Positions 50,747-55,010 of a DNA stretch of 55,010 nucleotides are shown piece after piece. The notes below the pieces were generated by a model, which worked only from the letters and a program-made list of their open reading frames with translations, was not told where the DNA came from and made no database searches. The translations under genes were made by a program, and so were the position numbers. Position 1 is the first letter of the stretch; every line of letters begins with the position of its first letter. Origin of the DNA: Salipiger bermudensis (GTDB lineage Archaea > Thermoplasmatota > Poseidoniia > Poseidoniales > Poseidoniaceae); contig CAXQWT010000116.1 in assembly GCA_964227855.1 (NCBI GenBank), forward strand, positions 1 to 55,010, given 5' to 3'.

Positions 50747-53700
50747 TTGACATCACCTCCTCGTTTGAATCCGATCCGTTTTGGTTATCTGAGATGGCCA
50801 CGGATTGTGGTGTATCAAGAATCGCAGAGAGGTCCAATCCATCCATTGCAAGATCGTTGAGCAGGCGCGCAGGATCGCCCAGGTCACGTTCGATGCGTGT
50901 GGCCTTAACCTCAATGTCTGTGAGTTTCCCGTACAGTGAACCGTAGAGTTTGTTTGCACGTCGTAACACGAACCAAACAACCATGGTCGAAACCACGATG
51001 TAACCTACAAGGGAAACCAGATTTATTTCATCAGGCGTCATTTGTGGAGGCATACCTAACACTACACCAACAAAACCAAGCAGTGGCAGGCTGAGGATGA
51101 TCGTAAGTTGTCTGCGTGAATCGGTTAGGGCTTGGAAGTGATCAGCATAAATTGTTGAAATACCTTTACGAGCACGTTGATAATCTTCGTGGATGTATCG
51201 GAATTCCTCACTGCTGTGCCAAGCCATTCGCCACACCCAAAAGGAGGCAAGTACAATTGTAGCAGGCCCCCACCACGTTGCATCATAGAGATGGAAAAGG
51301 AAACCAAGCATGATGACACCGGAGTAGACAGCGCCTAGACGATACTTTTCATTCTGGTTGGTCAATCCAAGCAGACCTATTGTAACGATCAATGCGATAC
51401 CAAATCCTGCGAAGGAAGTCAGTGTTGAAGGTGCGCTTGAATCCACTTCTTGGACAAAATTCAACACATCGTTTTCAACGACGTTATTCAGAGCATAAGA
51501 TGATTGAATGCTCACAGTACAATCTGCATTCTTGCTTTGCTCCCACCAATCCAAAGTCTCACCAGTGATCTTCCAACGCAGTGTTGCAACTTCTCCTTCT
51601 GCGAGGAATGGGACAAATCCGGGCGCTTCCTCGATAACAAGACCATCACAGACGAGTTGTGAACCAATTCCTACAGCAAGTGCAGTACCCTCATTCTTGA
51701 TATCGAATTCAATGTACGCCGTTTGGCCTTCCATGATGAATTCAAGTTCCTCTCCCTCGACATCGACGATTCGCTGAGAATCTGGATCAATCATTGGATC
51801 AGCGTACACATTTAGGGCAAATCGGAAGGTCTCTTCGGTTACAGGTTCGCTTGGATCCGGATGGTGAAGCCTCATCGTGATGTCGTATCCGTCACCAGGC
51901 AGAATGTTGGGGCGGTCCGGTACTTTGACGTTGAAGATAAGGTTTGGAGAGAGAACGTAGGCAGGTCGCTCGGGGAGTTGTATCAATTCACTTCCTGGGA
52001 TGCAAGGGGCTGACAGATTGATGTAGTGAACGCTCTCTTCGCCTTCAAGATTAATGAGAGAGATGTTCCAGACATAGTCTTCTTCATTAAGCCCAAGGGC
52101 AGGGATGTCGAGTATTCGCTCAATGCCACAGAACTCAATCGAATATGCAACTGGGGCGTTGTTGAGGTAAGGAATGTGCGAGTATTCAATCGGAACTGTA
52201 ACTGGATCATCGTTTGCAGGGGCTTGCAATTTGTCTGCATACCCCGTGTCGAAAAGTCGCTTCATCTTGAGGGCGGTCATCAATTCCCCACTTCCATCGA
52301 CATCTACGTCGGTTGGAACGATTGTGACACGAAGATCCGCGGCAGTTGATAACGTGGTACTGCTGCTGCCCGCTGCGTTCTTATCGACGCTTACGGTCAA
52401 CTGAACTGGGACGTTTCGAGGAAGGAACAGTTGGTCCGGCGAAGCGGTATTGACAATCCAGTCATCGCTTGGCGTTGTCAAGCCTGGCGCCCGGACTTCG
52501 TATCCCAAGTCGACATACACGTCTTTGTTCCCTGTGTTTGTGATGGTTGCAGTCCAAATCCTGTTGTCACCCTCGTGGAAGAAATATTCATTCCCCCACC
52601 CTTCGATTGTGTATGTAAAAACGGGCGCTACGAGTAACTGAACCTTCTTGAGGACGTATACATCGTCCGTCGCGGGATTGTATACTGTCAAATTTGCATC
52701 GTGCACAGCTCCATCAAGGAGATTATCGGTTCCATCGAGGGCAGGGATATCGATGTCAAAGGAACCGCTCGATTCTCCATCGATTGGGACGGTAAACGAT
52801 TGGACCGTTGGCGTAGTACCCCATCCTCCGTCAACGGTGATGTTGATGTTGACGGTTTCGACAAGATTCCCAGTATTGAAGAGGCTGAATGGCAGTGTCA
52901 GAACAGTGCCAGGAACGGCTGCAAGCGTGTCAGGTGCGGTAAGTTGAACATCGTGGACCTCTGAAACATTGGCAACGATGTTGGCCTTAAGCTCTACAAG
53001 GTCACCCACCTCATTGATCATGGAAACGGTCAACTCAGCCATGTAAAACTCATCTGCACTCGCATCGAGTGAAGGGATAATATTGACTCGAACCGAGGAT
53101 TCGTAGCCAGCAGCGATGATGATGCTTGTTGAAGAATCGAGTTCGAACAAGACATCGTCGTATCCTCCATCGTCAAGTTCGATCGTGAATGTCGTTGGCG
53201 CATTTCCTGTATTTTCGATGTTAACGAATGCAGAGAGTTGTTCGAAGGGCGTTATGTCGATGGACTGATTGGTTGGAGTCAGAGAGGCGTTGATGGTTTC
53301 ACCAACACGTATGTCCATCGTTTGTTGACCAATGTAAGCGCCTGTGTCAAGATCGTAGTACCGAACGGTCAACGGCTGAAGGAGGCCTGATGGAGCAAGT
53401 GGATTGGTCTTGACTGTGAGTGTGACCAGAGAGAGGTGTCCTCCGCTTGTGGCTGGATAGTCCTCAAAATCACTGGCTAGGTCAAGAATTGTGCTGCTTG
53501 GTCCCGTCGTTGTCAAATTGGCGTACCATCCGCTTGGAAGGTTTTCAACTATTTCGAGACGATATGAGGATCGGTCGTTTCCTGTGTTTCCAAAGGTGAA
53601 CATGAAATCAGTGTCGACACCAACATCCGCATCGAGAGGGCCTGTTTCAGTGATCTCGCCATTAACCACTTTTGGAACGACGATTGAGAGGTTTTGTTGA

Positions 53701-55010
53701 AGAACGGGTGCGTAAACGGCGGAGGAGGTGTGGACGCTACCAAGTGTAGGCGTTGTTGTTACCGGTATTCTCACGGTTCCTGCCAGAGGAAGTTGTCCAG
53801 ATTGGCTTTGGATACCAAGTGAGGCAGGGAACGACTCCCCGAGAGTGAGTCCAGTTGCCTCGCCAGGACTGACCGTTGCATTCCATCGGTCCGCTTCGTT
53901 AAATCCACCTGATGTGAGTGCTTCGAAAGTAATCTCACCAACCGTTATGTTGGCATCAATTGTCTCAGCCAAGTCGGAAACGAGGTTGTGGCGAACCTGA
54001 ACTTCTAGCGCAAGAATCTCATTGACGCCTATCGTGGAACCAGCACTCATAACGTCGCTTTCTGAAAGGACGATAGTGTCGACTGGAAGCCCGGGGTCGA
54101 CAACGATTGCAGGACGTACCTCAACCTGGCCTGCATCAGTGCTTGGTATGCTACCTGCTTCTGCCTGAGCGATGATGAATACATTGAGACTGTCGCCTGC
54201 AGCGTTGTGTTCAGCATCGACCAAAGGAAGTTGAATCGGCGGAATTTCTATGTGAATGAATCCTGATACCGATTCTCCAACCATGAGTTCACCTGTGTTC
54301 TCAATGGAAAGATTGTACTCCCAGTTGAGTGCATTCAAGGAGAGTCCTGCGATAAGATTGAAGTTTCCATTTGCGTTTCCTGTGTTTGTGACATTGAAAG
54401 CGATGGTATCCGTCTTTCCGGGAAGAACATAGGTCGTATCGTTTGTGATATCGACTGTTGCCTCGAAATATTCTCCTGCCATCACACGCGAAGTGTGCGT
54501 AAGACTGTATCCGCTTCCTGAAGATGTTATTGAGAGGGTTATGATGTCCACATCTGAATAGCCCGCATTTTGTGGTACGTTGACCACAACGGACAAGGTC
54601 ATCGTTTGTCCAGCAGTCAAGGGATCTGTCGAGGCTCCATTCAACGTGGTGATATCTGCCCAACCAAAGGGTCCGCTACTCACACTGATGTCAAAAATGT
54701 CGGTTGTCGATCCAACGTTCGATATGATGTAAGTGAGGGTCGTTTGGTCTCCTGGAGCAGTAGTGCGATCTGCAGGACCAATCATCTCTGAGATATAGTC
54801 GCTGAACACCGCATCGAATTGTTGGTGCGTATACATGTTGTTCCCAATCGAGCTGTTCACCCAATACACTGCAGAAATATTCCACAAGCCAGTCAACGAA
54901 GATGCTGAGAAACCAGCATTGAGGGAGACTTGTCCGGAAGGAGAAAAGATAGAACCTGGCTGGAGTGTTTCAGTGTTCGATGCCTGCCAATATTCATTGG
55001 TCGTACCCGT
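50727..55010 (-). CDS. Very large (more than 1,427 aa; 5' end outside the window) protein: tandem CARDB/NEW3-like beta-sandwich repeats plus a C-terminal ~5-TM domain and cytoplasmic tail
   Basis: The frame stays open from 54896 to the window end (no stop in 54897-55010). Recurrent [IV]xNTGN motifs are present (ISNVGSTTDIFDI, VTNTGNANGNFNL, FGNTGNDRSSYRL, IENTGNAPTTFTI, LFNTGNLVETVNI, ITNTGNKDVYVDL, IKNEGTALAVGI). C-terminal hydrophobic helices follow (FGIALIVTIGLLGL, VIMLGFLFHLY, ATIVLASFWVW, ILSLPLLGFVGVVLG, LVGYIVVSTMVVWFVL). Confidence 0.8.
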   Translation of the reverse strand, partial: TGTTNEYWQASNTETLQPGSIFSPSGQVSLNAGFSASSLTGLWNISAVYWVNSSIGNNMYTHQQFDAVFSDYISEMIGPADRTTAPGDQTTLTYIISNVGSTTDIFDISVSSGPFGWADITTLNGASTDPLTAGQTMTLSVVVNVPQNAGYSDVDIITLSITSSGSGYSLTHTSRVMAGEYFEATVDITNDTTYVLPGKTDTIAFNVTNTGNANGNFNLIAGLSLNALNWEYNLSIENTGELMVGESVSGFIHIEIPPIQLPLVDAEHNAAGDSLNVFIIAQAEAGSIPSTDAGQVEVRPAIVVDPGLPVDTIVLSESDVMSAGSTIGVNEILALEVQVRHNLVSDLAETIDANITVGEITFEALTSGGFNEADRWNATVSPGEATGLTLGESFPASLGIQSQSGQLPLAGTVRIPVTTTPTLGSVHTSSAVYAPVLQQNLSIVVPKVVNGEITETGPLDADVGVDTDFMFTFGNTGNDRSSYRLEIVENLPSGWYANLTTTGPSSTILDLASDFEDYPATSGGHLSLVTLTVKTNPLAPSGLLQPLTVRYYDLDTGAYIGQQTMDIRVGETINASLTPTNQSIDITPFEQLSAFVNIENTGNAPTTFTIELDDGGYDDVLFELDSSTSIIIAAGYESSVRVNIIPSLDASADEFYMAELTVSMINEVGDLVELKANIVANVSEVHDVQLTAPDTLAAVPGTVLTLPFSLFNTGNLVETVNINITVDGGWGTTPTVQSFTVPIDGESSGSFDIDIPALDGTDNLLDGAVHDANLTVYNPATDDVYVLKKVQLLVAPVFTYTIEGWGNEYFFHEGDNRIWTATITNTGNKDVYVDLGYEVRAPGLTTPSDDWIVNTASPDQLFLPRNVPVQLTVSVDKNAAGSSSTTLSTAADLRVTIVPTDVDVDGSGELMTALKMKRLFDTGYADKLQAPANDDPVTVPIEYSHIPYLNNAPVAYSIEFCGIERILDIPALGLNEEDYVWNISLINLEGEESVHYINLSAPCIPGSELIQLPERPAYVLSPNLIFNVKVPDRPNILPGDGYDITMRLHHPDPSEPVTEETFRFALNVYADPMIDPDSQRIVDVEGEELEFIMEGQTAYIEFDIKNEGTALAVGIGSQLVCDGLVIEEAPGFVPFLAEGEVATLRWKITGETLDWWEQSKNADCTVSIQSSYALNNVVENDVLNFVQEVDSSAPSTLTSFAGFGIALIVTIGLLGLTNQNEKYRLGAVYSGVIMLGFLFHLYDATWWGPATIVLASFWVWRMAWHSSEEFRYIHEDYQRARKGISTIYADHFQALTDSRRQLTIILSLPLLGFVGVVLGMPPQMTPDEINLVSLVGYIVVSTMVVWFVLRRANKLYGSLYGKLTDIEVKATRIERDLGDPARLLNDLAMDGLDLSAILDTPQSVAISDNQNGSDSNEEVMSNGEEQV

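Noticed and set aside
1-55010. A search by eye for CRISPR arrays, rRNA genes, transposases or integrases, inteins, and programmed frameshifts or internal stops in large genes.
   Set aside because: I saw no regularly spaced direct repeats. PolD DP1, ArlI, PolX and HppA have normal lengths without insertions. All large genes are single uninterrupted ORFs. Absence is based on visual inspection only, not on a computational scan.

Overview
The window is a gene-dense archaeal chromosome segment. Archaeal markers are the PolD small subunit, Pelota, a Nob1-like PIN endonuclease, a SAMP/MoaD-like protein and a complete archaellum operon. Shine-Dalgarno motifs of the GGAGGTGA type precede many genes. 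The gene content and the giant surface proteins suggest a planktonic Thermoplasmatota/Marine Group II-like euryarchaeote. That is inference only, since no database search was possible.

Layout:
- 1-7.3 kb: housekeeping genes (flotillin, fhs, pelota, tRNA-Val, CinA-C/PncC-like, PolD DP1, HAD phosphatase).
- 7.4-29.9 kb: a minus-strand cell-envelope locus with four genes. These are a MacB/LolD-type ABC ATPase, a 1,502-aa duplicated FtsX-type permease, a 1,049-aa anchored surface protein and a 4,553-aa giant adhesin-like ORF.
- 30-41.5 kb: mixed housekeeping (SAMP-like, TatA, Nob1-like, DedA, LysE, HTH_10 regulator, tRNA-Glu, FMN reductase, glutaredoxin, esterase, lipoprotein, H+-PPase, NifU-like, PolX, endonuclease III).
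- 41.5-49.7 kb: a minus-strand archaellum operon (arlB-arlB-X-arlF-arlG-arlH-arlI-arlJ plus a trailing small membrane protein).
- 49.7-55.0 kb: two translationally coupled uncharacterised genes immediately 5' of the archaellins. One is a coiled-coil/beta-sandwich protein. The other is a beta-sandwich-repeat multi-pass membrane protein of more than 1,427 aa that runs off the window.

Most notable observations:
1. The giant ORF continues in frame, with no stop, through a membrane helix and an acidic linker into a canonical archaeal type IV pilin-like N-terminus (MAVSPVIATILMVAITVVL...).
2. The ABC transporter with hugely expanded extracytoplasmic domains is linked to the two large surface proteins.
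3. The uncharacterised two-gene module appears fused to the 5' side of the archaellum operon.

I saw no CRISPR array, transposase, integrase, rRNA or intein. All functional calls rest on motif recognition in the supplied translations.
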